DNA of 63,610 nucleotides, the filler included, from Collodictyon triciliatum (lineage: Eukaryota), in assembly GCA_043381765.1 (NCBI GenBank). It is 4 parts of 4 records of this genome, joined end to end, with 100 filler letters (N's around TTAATTAATTAA, not from the genome) between each part and the next. Parts side by side here need not be neighbours in the genome. Positions count along the whole stretch, not along the records: positions 44,777 to 59,294 come from JBHJMP010000960.1; 3 more parts are not named here. One strand, 5' to 3'. A program made the translations under genes and the position numbers. The notes under the pieces were generated by a model. It saw only the letters and a program-made list of their open reading frames with translations. It ran no database searches and was not told the DNA's origin. Shown here one piece after another: positions 45,387-56,902 of this stretch. Within the stretch, counting starts at the first letter, position 1, and each line of letters starts with the position of its first letter.

Positions 45387-48300
45387 ATGTCCGATCAGAC
45401 CGCCCTTTTGGAAGAGCTGAGAGAACTCGCTGGGATTCCCCACGTCGCCTCCCTCAAAAGCCGCACGAGTCTGGACCTGAACTCGAAAAGGCTGGCTTCT
45501 ATTCCCCGCGGGGTTTTTCTGTTGGATGGTTTGAAAGACTTGGATTTGAAGCACAATCAGCTGTCGCTGCTGCCACCAGAGATATCGCACTTGGCCGGCC
45601 TCACTTGGCTAAGTGTTTCTAACAACCGGTTGTCGGCGCTATCACAAGAAATATCGTGTTTGACTGGCCTCGCAATTCTTTACATGAGTCGGAATGAGTT
45701 GATAGCACTTCCGCAAGAAATATCATGTTTGGTTGGTCTCAGAGACCTCCGTGTTAGTCACAATAAGCTGGTGTCGCTTCCTTCGGGAATATCGTGTCTG
45801 ATTGGCCTCACATATGTTGGTGTCCAAGACAATTTAGTAAGTTTTTTTTAAAAGTTATGTACTTATTTAATAGCTTTATTTATTTATGGTTTATGGTTTA
45901 TGGTTTATGGTTTATGGTTTATGGTTTATGGTTTATCGTTTTGATGATTAATCGTTTTGATGTTTTTTATTTTGATTTATTATCGCGTTGAAAATCACTT
46001 TGAATCGAATAAAGGAAAAAATTTTATCATGTTGAAAATAAAGAGGAAGTTGCTAACAGCAATCTGAGCAGATAGAAGAACTTCCGTTGTGCATCACAGC
46101 ACTCACGAATCTCAAAATGTTGTGGGTAAAATACACTGGCATTCAAACAATAAGGAAAGCACCGCGAGGAATTACATGCCTTCCTTGCTGGAACAACACA
46201 GACGAAGAATATGTGGATAATAAACATATCCGTGCTCTGCAGCTCTACGACCCTGTAAATACGATTATTATTTTTTTTAAAAAAAAACCAAAAGAAAAGG
46301 AATAGAAAAAAGCAACAAAAACCCGTTAATGTTCTCATTATACAATCTATAATAGGAAGATGAAATCATGAAACCAGAATGGACACAAAGCGAGGCACAT
46401 ATTCAACTCCGATCGTTTAATGTCACAGGAAAAGATATTTCCTTGTTACCAGAAAATATTTCCTGCTTGAAGAATCTTGGCTACATCGACATCAGCCATA
46501 ACAAGGTACGTAAAACGAAACAACCGCACATACCCGAATGAAAAAAAATCAGAAATGAATATTTGTATAATTTGAGACCTAACATATATGCGCAGTGGTA
46601 TGTAATGGTAACAACACTTCCAAAAGTATATATATTTAAGCCCTTGCATCATATGAGAAGCTATCTTTCTGAATCATTCAGTTTATTAGCAACTGGTTGT
46701 GGTTAGTTTCTAAAATTAAAACAAAATAAAATAGATATCTTCGCTCCCAACAAATTTATCGGACTTGAAGAAAATCACATATCTCTGCATAAGCAACAAT
46801 AGGGTATACTTATAGAGATATATGGTAAAGCATAGATGGCACATGTATTCATTTTGTCAAAACGAGATCTGAATATATATATTCATATACAATTTAGTTT
46901 GACAAATTTCCTGGAGTCATTTGTGCATTACCATTAATTGTATCACTCGACATTTCTAGCAATAAGGTCATTTATGATTTTTTTCATGTTAAAATGGAAA
47001 TTATTACATGCGCCAATTAGTTTATTGGCATTTTTTTTTAAAAAAAAATTCTTCTAAAAAATAAATTAACATTACTAGATAACATCACTCCCAATAAACA
47101 TATCAGACTTGACAACCCTCACTAATCTCACTATGAAGCAGAACAAGGTATTATAATAAACCTTAATGTGTACCCTGATGTTAGTATACTTTTTTTTTAC
47201 CACTATCAAATCATACAATTAATCAGAAAAATGGAGGAGGCAGCACGAGTAGAGTATGTCTGTTTTTTTATTCACAGCCTGTTCACTTCTCTTTTGTATG
47301 ACGCATGAAAATTCACTTAAATGAATAGATTTCCACACTGCCTGACCTGCGAATATTGACGAATATTGAGGAGCTGGACATGAGACAAAATGCCTTTCCT
47401 GTAGATGTACAACAGATTTTAGACTCAATCAGTCTCTCATGTGGTGACAGAATAAATCTTTCCGGTCGAGATATGAAAGAAATACCCGGAGAATTCTTCA
47501 ACCTCCCTATCAACCCCCAAAAACTGGATATTTCCAACAATCAGGTCATTTATGAGTCATATTACCAATCAAAATAAAAAAGAGCAATATATTAAAATTT
47601 TCCATGAGTTATTAATTTTATTGGGCGTTTTTTTCCCTTTATTCGATTGCATTATTAGACATCAGTTGAATTAACTTTTCTCATGAAAACATAGATATGT
47701 TCGCTCCCAGTTGCTATATCCTGCTTGATGAATCTGACCTTCATCGACATCAGTGGGAACAAAGTACGTAAAATGGACCTACTTAAAATGAGAATATCAA
47801 ATATGAAAACGAAATTCCTCATAATTTTGTACTAATACCTGCGTGGTGCCTGTGCGGTGAAAATTACCCCCTCTAATTAACAGGTTTCTTTCTATCGCAT
47901 TAGCAATCCATCTATCATGTAACACGTGCATTATGTAAAATACTGAATTGTAGGGAAAGCGTCATATTTGCTAGCGGCCAATTCTAGTCAATCCATATGT
48001 TAATTTGAATGTTCTCAGATCGAAGAGCTCCCACTCCAAATCACAGCACTCACGAACTTAAAGACGCTTATTATCGAGAAGAGGGGGCAGATAAACACAA
48101 AGTATGCACCACGCGGAATATCAAATCTCGCGTGCTACAACAATATTGAGAAACCTACATCAGGGACAATGAGCATCGCTGATGCCCTCAAAAAGCTTCG
48201 GTTATATGATGTTCCTGTAAGTTTCAATTCCATTTGTAAGAAAATGGTATCTATAAACGAGAGTGTCTCATAAATTTTTACAATTATATAAATAAGGAGG

Positions 48301-51300
48301 ACGAGATGATGTTGACAGAATGGGTACCAAATGTGAGGCAAATCAGCTTTCAATCTCTTAATTTTTGCGGCCTAGGCATTTCCATTCTGCCAACAAATAT
48401 ATCAAATATGACAAATCTCACATACCTCAACATCAGACAGAATATGGTATTAATATACTTGTTGATACAAAAATATATGATTTGGAACAAGATTATATAC
48501 TATTTTAATTTGACCCAATCTAATTTACTTTCGTATTCATAAACATATCGCATATAGAGACATGAAGTTTGACTTAAATGAATAGATATCTATGTTGCCT
48601 GACCTGCGAGCTTTGACAAACCTCAAGGAGCTAGATATGAGACAAAATGCCTTTCCTCCTCATATTCAAAAGTTTTTAGACTCTACCAGTCTCATAGATA
48701 GCGATGAAATAAACCTATCTGGCCAAGACACTATAGAAATACCTGTAGAATTGTTTATGTTACCTATCAAACCCAAGCTTAATATTTCTAATAATCAGGT
48801 TTATTGATATTTCTTTACATACTAGAGAAGACACGTGCATACACTAATTATTAGTACTTTTAAATGTTTTTTTTTTCATTATTCTTTTCATATGCGCGCA
48901 GATATCATCGGTGCCGATATATGTATCCGACTTGACGAACCTCACACATCTCAATCTTAGGAACAACAAAGTATCTCAACAATAAATTGCAATTTTAAAA
49001 AATTGTATCCATCTTACGAATTCATAACCCTTTGGTGGATATCAAAACATGACTTATTAATTTAATCAATAGATTTCCACATTACCAGACCTGAGAAGAT
49101 TGACAAATCTCAAGGAGCTAGATATGAGACAAAATGCCTTTCCTCCTCATATTCAAAAGTTTTTAGACTCTGTTAATCTTAGAAATACTGATGAAATAAT
49201 CATATCGGGGCAAGACATTAGAGAATTACCGGGAGAACTATTCATGTTGCCCCTGGATGTTAAGAAACTCAACGTTTCTAATAGTCAGGTATCTTTCTGT
49301 TCTGAATATATGTTTCATAAAGTCGCAATGTTATCATAACTCGAAAAGAAATATGATATTTCCAAGATTGTATATACCTGAATAATATCATTTCACATCT
49401 ACTCTATGCGCAGAAATCTGGTATAGTATATATACTAATATCAATTCGTACAGATTGAGGAGCTTCCACCTCTAATAACAGTGCTTTCAAAACTTCAGAC
49501 GCTCATCATTGAATATAAAGGAAAAGTCAACATGAAAAGAGCTCCGCATAATATGACAAGCCTTCCGTGCTGGAATAACAAAGAATGTGAAAGCTATCAG
49601 CACATACGCGCCCTTCAGCTATACCAAGCCCCGGTAATATCACACCCCTTTTACAGAGGAAAAATAAAGGAGAGCGACAAGCAATTCTTTAAATGTGTGC
49701 CTTTTTTTAAAAATAAAATAAAATAAAAGGAGGATGATATGATGATAGTCGGATGGGTACCAAATACAAGGCAAATCGGCTTTCAATCACTTAATTTTTG
49801 TGGCATGGATATTTCATTACTACCGACAAACATATCGGACTTGACAAACCTCACAAATCTCAGCATTAGCCACAACAAGGTAAAAAAAAAAAGCAACAAA
49901 ATGCAAATGTTTCATATAAATCGTAAATAGAAAGTAAATAAAGTATATCGAAAATGAAAACTAATTAATAACACACATAAAATCTTAGTTTGAATTATTC
50001 CCTAAAGTTGTTTGCACAATGAAGCTTATCATGAAGCTTAATATTTCCAACAACCAGGTTATCCCATTGTAAAATACAATTCCAATTAATTGGGACCACT
50101 TAGAAACGAGCAACAATATTAAATATTTTCTAACATTCCATTTTAACTGGCCTTTCATATTATATTATATTTTAGATTTCACATATTCCTGATGGCATAG
50201 TAAATCTTGTGGATTTGCAGAAACTGAATATATCCAACAACAAGGTTGGTTTTTTTTTCCCATTTTATTCCGTCTATACATATTAACAATTGATATCTCA
50301 TTAATCAAAAAATTCACTCATCGATATTTCAGATCGGTATCATACCTCCTTTTATCGCCAAGATTAAAGGACTTCGAAGTGGACTTAATATCCAAGGAAA
50401 CCCTATCAGAAATATACCAGAAAACGTCATCAAAAATGGATCTGAAATCGTTTTCGATTTTCTAGCAAACTCCATGAATGGACGTTTGAAATGGACCCAA
50501 GGAAGACTCCTATTATTGGGTGAAGGAGAGGCAGGAAAAACAACACTCACTAAATCAATTACCCAAAAATCCGTTTCTTTCAAGAGTACAACAGACCAGC
50601 CAAGGGTTCCGACTGATGGTATTGCCCATGTTGATATTGATGAATTGATCATCGATACATCCTCAAAGACAAAGTTATCCATAAAAATCTGGGATTTTGG
50701 AGGACAAGAAGAGTTCCAGGTAACACACCCGTTCTTCTTGTCATCAGGAGCTCTCGTTTTAATCCTGTACAGACTTGACCAAAGCACGGAGAAGAATAAT
50801 ATTAGCCGCTGGGTCAAAATGCTCGATGACTTTGCACCTGGCTCAAGAATTATAATTGCTGGGACACACCTAGATTGTGAAATTCCAGCCTGCAGTCGAG
50901 AAACCCAAAGGGAAATTGAGCAAATTAAAAAGGAAAATGCACATAAACAGGATGAAAAAGCTCGACATATATTCATCAATACGGAATTAAGGGTGAGCAA
51001 TAAGAGAGGAACATATATATCCTATTTGAAGAAAGCATTATATGAAGGGATGATGAAGCTAGGCAATATGAACAAGGATGTTCCCAAAACATATATTGGC
51101 CTGAGGGATTATCTTGATTCAAAAGGCCAATCCACAAAGTACGAACGAATCCAAGACACTTACGATTTTGCCGATAAGCAGTTGGGTATGGACATAAATG
51201 GGTGTGAAAGTGCTCTCAAATTCCTCCACGACCTTGGCTCAGTTGTTTGGTATTCATCACTAAGAAATGCCAAGGATATAATATTTTTGGACCCTCTCTT

Positions 51301-54300
51301 TCTCATCAATATATTCCGCTGTGTGTTTAGTTTCAAAGGAATAGGAAAGGGAACCAGTGGTATCATTTTGTTAAGTAAGCTAAAAGACCAAATCAAGCAA
51401 GAACTAGGTGCAGAATTAGATGAACAGGTCTTTAACACAATTATTCAAATATTTGACCATTTCGGCCTTGGAATTCAATTCAATAGAGAATGCATTGCTT
51501 TTCCCTCGCTTATGGAAAACTGCCAAAATCTCAAGGCGCTGTGGAATGAGAAACCAGAGTCGAACTGTATTGCTGAAACATCTGTAGAAATTATGGTCAA
51601 TAGCGAAATCCAGCTCTCTGATAAAAGCAACATCATCATACAAGCGCTTCGTTTGACAAAAGAGGTGCAAGCCGGAGTGCAATATGACGACCAATTTTTC
51701 AGGAATGTAGCCTTCATTCACTTGAATACTTTCTATATTCCAGGAGCAAAGGAAATTCAACTGCTGCCTGGAAACGAATTGATAGTTTTGTATCAAATAT
51801 ACCAAAACAAAATCTCAGTGAACATTAGAAGGTATGAAAATGGTGTTGATGAAAGTGATAGAATCGTTAGGATTTTCGATATCCTTTTCACATTTATCAA
51901 GCAAATATCATCGATTCGACCCAATTTTGTTGAAAGATATCGATTTGAATGTCCTGAGTGTCGGCGCTGTGGTTTGGACGGTTATATTCGGACATCAGCA
52001 AAGATAGATGACTCAGAATTGAAGGCTTGTACCAAGAGTCATCAACTGGAAGCAAGTGCGGTAAAGCAAGGAAGAGTCTACATGGAACAAGGTTTTTCTC
52101 GTTATTTTCAAACATATAAATGGAACAAATACTATTAATTAAAATAATCATTCATGTTTTATTCGATTAATTGGTGCACAACCCTAAGTAGCTTTATTTT
52201 GTTATATGTAAGGAATTTCAAAGAGATTTGTCTCAGTGATGAGAGCCAAAAAGACCAAGAAGCCACAATCTGCTGAAGCGAATCACGAGCTTGCTTCGAT
52301 TGACAAAGAGTTGAAGGAACAGTTGGTTTGTGAAAAAATAGAACTATCTGAGTATCTCGCAAAAGGGACATATGGCCGGGTGTACACAACAACACACAAA
52401 GGAAAAAGTGCTGTGGTGAAAATACAAACTATCCAAAAAAATAATGAACAAACCCTCAGTGAGGTAATTCAGTCACTCATTTTTGAAAGTAAGTATCTAG
52501 ATGAATGCAAGGAATGTGAAAATATTGTCAAATTATTTGGTGTGTATCGCAAAGAGGATGATTTTTATATGGTTATGGAGAACGCTGGTTTTTCGTTGAA
52601 ATCGATGCTAGAGAAGAAAGATATTAAGCCAACATTACCTCAAATAATTTCTTACACAAAACAATTATCTCATGGTCTTATTTTCATGCATTCTAAAAAT
52701 CTATATCATGAAGATTTGAAGGCTGATAATGTTATGATTGTGGGTGAAACAGTAAGAATTGTGGATTTCGGAATAGTTAGCCGCCGTGACCCTTGCAGGG
52801 TTGGTTCCAGCTTGCCGACGAGATTTGGTGAATGGAAGCAAGGTGGAACTGCCAACTGGCAAGCGCCTGAAATCCATCAAGTTTCCTGTAAGCCATTTTA
52901 TGATGATAATTCTGCTATGTATGGTGAAGACGAAATGAACGTTGGGCATCGAGGAGAACCAAGTAATGTCTACGCCCTGGGAATGCTCGTTTGGTACATG
53001 TTTTCTGGAGTTGAACCTTTTCAAAATGAGACACAAACACAGAGCTTTGTTATTAAAGGATTAAGGCCTGAAGTGCCGAAAGAAGCTACTCGTGAGCTAA
53101 AACATCTTATCAGAGCATGCTGGAGGCAAAACTATAAGCTACGACCTTCCTTAGTTCAAATATGCGAGTATCTGGATGAGTTGAATTCGAACTTATTGAA
53201 GCTTTCTCAAAACAAAATGGACGAATTACTTCCAATTAGGTATGCTCCCTTGGCAGAAATGTGCAAAGGTGAATTTGTGGAGTGGCTTCGGGAGCATGAC
53301 TTTTCAAGAATCAGTGATAAAATGGTGGGCCAAACCTGGGAAAGATTCGAAGAAATTCAAGACAAACTTGATGAACAAAGTATGATTGAGATTTATCACA
53401 TACCCCCAAGTGACATTTCAGCCTTTGCTGAATTATCAAATCAGAATGATGACTTTGGGAGCAGTTCCAGCGTTCCAATGAAAGCTAAAGATTTAAGCCA
53501 TATGAAATTAGTAACTTATTTGCAGAAAAAGACAGATCAAATGTCAAAAAGATTGCTTGAGAAAGTGAAAACCTTGAAGCTTGATGGAATCACAATATCT
53601 AAGCTTGACCATCCAGATGTGCACGCGACCCACTCCGTTTCTGAACAAGAACTTTCGTTTGCATCCCAATTCATAAACGACCACTTGCATTCAAATGAAT
53701 TCCAACCTTCCGAACATACATGGAGCTCTGATACCCTGCAAGAATTTGATGAAATTCGACATTTAAATGTGCGTTACATTTCTTGTAATCATGGAATCCA
53801 ATATGCAACCTCGCTGTGGATGGGTGATATGAAGCTCTCTCGGATTCCAAACTCCCTCAAGCATTTAGTAGAGTTGAAGAAACTTTACGTCCATTCAAAT
53901 GATGTAATGAATATAAGTTCAAAAAAAAAAAGGTATTCATTGAGAAGGGTACTGTAATCTAACTCACCACTTACTTGCAGCTTGCATTTTTCCCGGAGCC
54001 GTGCCTCGGTCTCACAAATTTGAAGTACCTGGACTTATCAAAAAATAAGGTATGTTACTTTTATTTATTTGCTTCCATAGATTTTATAATTGTTATTTCT
54101 TTTAAAGCAAAGCACATGGTTAGGTGATAAAGATTGAAGTTAATTTATGCGTAGCCTCATATTTCCTTATTATTGTAATCTTTAGATATCATCACTGCCC
54201 GCCCAAATATCAGTCCTGATAGGTCTCACTCGCCTTGACGTTTCTGAAAATCGGCTGTCATCCCTAAATCCAGAGCTATCGAGTCTTTCCAATCTTGCGC

Positions 54301-54602
54301 ACCTGGATATTCATGACAATGCGGTTTGTTGAATATATATGGATGATTACAGACAATTTGATCAGTATCAACTCATAAGTGTTTTTTTTTTTATTCCTCA
54401 ATATCTACAGATTGAAGAACTTCCTGTTGAAATCAGTGCTCTGACGGCTCTCAGTCGTCTTCAGATAAAGAGCAAAACAGGACAATCAACAACAAAGAGG
54501 GCCCCTCTCAGTATCAAAGCTCTTCCTTTTTGGAATGATCCGAGTAATCCAGATGGTGATCTCATTAGTAAACTGGAGTTTTATGACCATGTAATATACT
54601 AG
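45387..54602 (+). CDS. Roco-family protein: LRR array, Roc GTPase, COR, protein kinase (non-RD), two SAM-like segments, C-terminal LRRs; 22 exons
   Basis: Exons 45387-45836, 16 phase-0 LRR exons within 46072-50244, then 50333-52091, 52213-53903, 53981-54049, 54186-54323 and 54411-about 54602. Roc motifs GEGEAGKTT, PTDGI, IWDFGGQEEF..THPFF, GTHLD; COR ALKFLHDLGSV..IFLDP..L and CPECRRC; kinase LAKGTYGRVY, VVKI, HEDLKADN, DFG, APE. The exact stop is uncertain because of a possible donor at 54591. Confidence 0.92.
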
Positions 54603-55880
54603 TATTATTATTAATTCGCAAGCTGCTCAAACTGAAGACAAATGCATATGTATTTTAATTTTAAAGAAAAATTAAATTAATTATTTCGTAAAACAACCAG
54701 CGATAGGCAACAAACGAGTTTCCCTTTTCTTTTCATAAATCTTATTGGAGGATTAAGATGCCGACTGGTATCGCAGCATCAACTAATAATCATAAAAAAT
54801 AGCTTTGCTATCTCTTTGTCGCATATATAAAGGTCTTGGGCGTCCCCTAGTTTATCACAAAATTGGAATTGCTAGCACAGAACACTTTTTTTTTTCTCTT
54901 TCATCATTCTTTTCTGTTTTCCTCTCAGCAACAGTATTATTCATTCGATTTTCCCTTCCTTTCATTTTTCTTTTGTTGGGACTTTTACCTTAGTTTTTCT
55001 GGCATCACAATCATCTATCCACACCACCACACTCATACCTATGAATCAGACTAAAGCCGTGATGTAAATCGCTTTTTTTAAAAATATTTTTTTGGTTTTT
55101 TTATAAAATCATGCAAACTAATTCTCTGCATGAAGAACCAATTTGCACGTATGGGATTCGCAGGGAATTCAAGTAATCCGCCGTAATTCAAATAGAGATG
55201 TTGGAATGATTTCGAAAAATCAGCCATATCGTTATAGCCTCCTTTGCACCCAAATCTAACTTTTATTCAGTGGCAGATTGCAACAAATGGATTTATATGG
55301 AAAATCAAAATTGGCTGGGAAATGGAGGAAAGAACTGACGATGGGATTTGGATTCTAGAAAAAAAAAACATATTTTCTTCTGCTTCATGAGAGATGTGAC
55401 AGCGAAAACGACAAGAAATCACTCCAAAAAAAAAAAATAATTGGATAAGTGAAATCAAACAGCATTCACCAATTGTACGAAGGGCAATAAAGATATTATG
55501 CAATCCATAGCACCTAAAATCTTGGTGCCACCATAATGTGACTCATTATGCGTTTCATGGACTTATGATCATCTACATATGCCTCTTCAATAAGCCATCC
55601 TGTTGATGATAAAAATAAATCAACCATCACAGAGAAAAACACAGCCGCGCCAAGCGAAGCTATGATGACATATGTCGTTGTGCAGAGCCGAATTTTCAAA
55701 GAATTTAACCGATTGAATTTTCTATTTCTGGATAATATTATGTATTATCATTTTTAATGCGTTAATCCAATTTACACGCTACAAGACTAGATATATAATG
55801 ATAATATATACATAGTCACAATATTATATTAAGACGGTATAATATGGCATCCCATCCCATTTGTTCCCAAGAAATTTGCT

Positions 55881-56622
55881 TCAGTTAGAATCTAAATTCC
55901 ATGAAGCTTCTGTGTGAGAGCCAGAACTTTCGAACGATGTTTCCTTATGGGCAGTCGCAAACTCTCGGCAAACGCGCTCGAGATGAATCAGACTGAAAAC
56001 ATGTCGAGCCAACTGCAGTGCGTCGCAAATGACCAACTGATCAACCCTGTTTGACGCGACAAAAGCCTAAGCCGAACAGAAGAAAACTCAAAAACACTTA
56101 CACACTCCGATCGACTCGTAAACAAAACACTGATGAAATGTTCAGTTCTGTCTTGGCCCGTGATGCGTGCGTTTGCCTCCATACCCTTCTTCCACACATA
56201 TGAGGATGAGAAAGATTTGATAGTGAAGAGAAACTAGGCTGAAATGCTCCCTTATTCTGTAGGTTTTCGGCCATAGAGTTAGCTCGGGTGAGCCTATGAG
56301 CCGGCCTCTAAGTTCTGCACAATAATAAGTATAACCCACGAGTGAGGTATATAGGTTTAAATCGAGTAAAGATAAGGAAGAAAGGAAGAAAGAAAGGAAT
56401 GAAGGAAAAGTAGGAATACAAGAGATGAGTAAAAATTTTTTCCAACAAGCGTGAGGCTTGGATCCAGTCTGCGCGTTGTATAGTCGAGCCTTGTATATGT
56501 GTGAAGTGGAAACAGACGATAAAAGAAGTGATGCATACTGGAAACCAAGTTTCTGCTCACTCGTCAAAATACAAACAAACCTCTAAACATCCCTGCTCCA
56601 CGTGTTCAATTTCAACCTTCAT
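55881..56622 (-). CDS. Putative small multi-exon gene of unknown function, divergent from ALYREF
   Basis: The last three exons splice in frame with GT-AG (LRGRLIGSPELTLWPKTYRIREHFSL-KGMEANARITGQDRTEHFISVLFTSRSEC-AFVASNRVDQLVICDALQLARHVFSL...*). Joining the 5' part (MKVEIEHVEQGCLEVCLYFDELDYTTRRLDPSLTLV) needs a non-canonical donor. No family recognised. Confidence 0.35.
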
Positions 56623-56902
56623 CGTTGAAGTGACTGAATCACTCGCGCGTCTGTTTTTCTTGCAAGAGACTTTGTATGCTTGGAAGACGCCTTTGTCTCT
56701 ATTACCAAACGCTCAAGCAACGACTCTGCCCAGTGCCGTTTCTGTGTCTCGCTTGTTCCTTGTCTGCGGGCTTTGTACAATCCTCTGTTCGATCACTTAC
56801 ACATATACACAAACACACACAACATCCAATAACACCGGCAGCATAAGAAGAGAACGGAAGGAGCTCACGACCCAAAACCCAAGAGACAGACAGCAAGACA
56901 AC

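Noticed and set aside
48971-49453. GTATCTC and GTATCTTT donors resembling U12 sites in the Roco gene
   Set aside because: They lack the +5/+6 CC and have no CCTTRAC branch near the acceptor; treated as U2 introns.
50329-51000. 223-aa antisense ORF over the Roc domain, and antisense ORFs over the NHL and Cys-rich exons
   Set aside because: Shadow frames of well-supported coding exons with no recognisable motifs.
55480-55699. Minus-strand AYVDD motif suggesting a reverse-transcriptase relic
   Set aside because: Only a short motif in a 61-aa ORF with no upstream QG motif or other RT blocks; chance cannot be excluded without a profile search.
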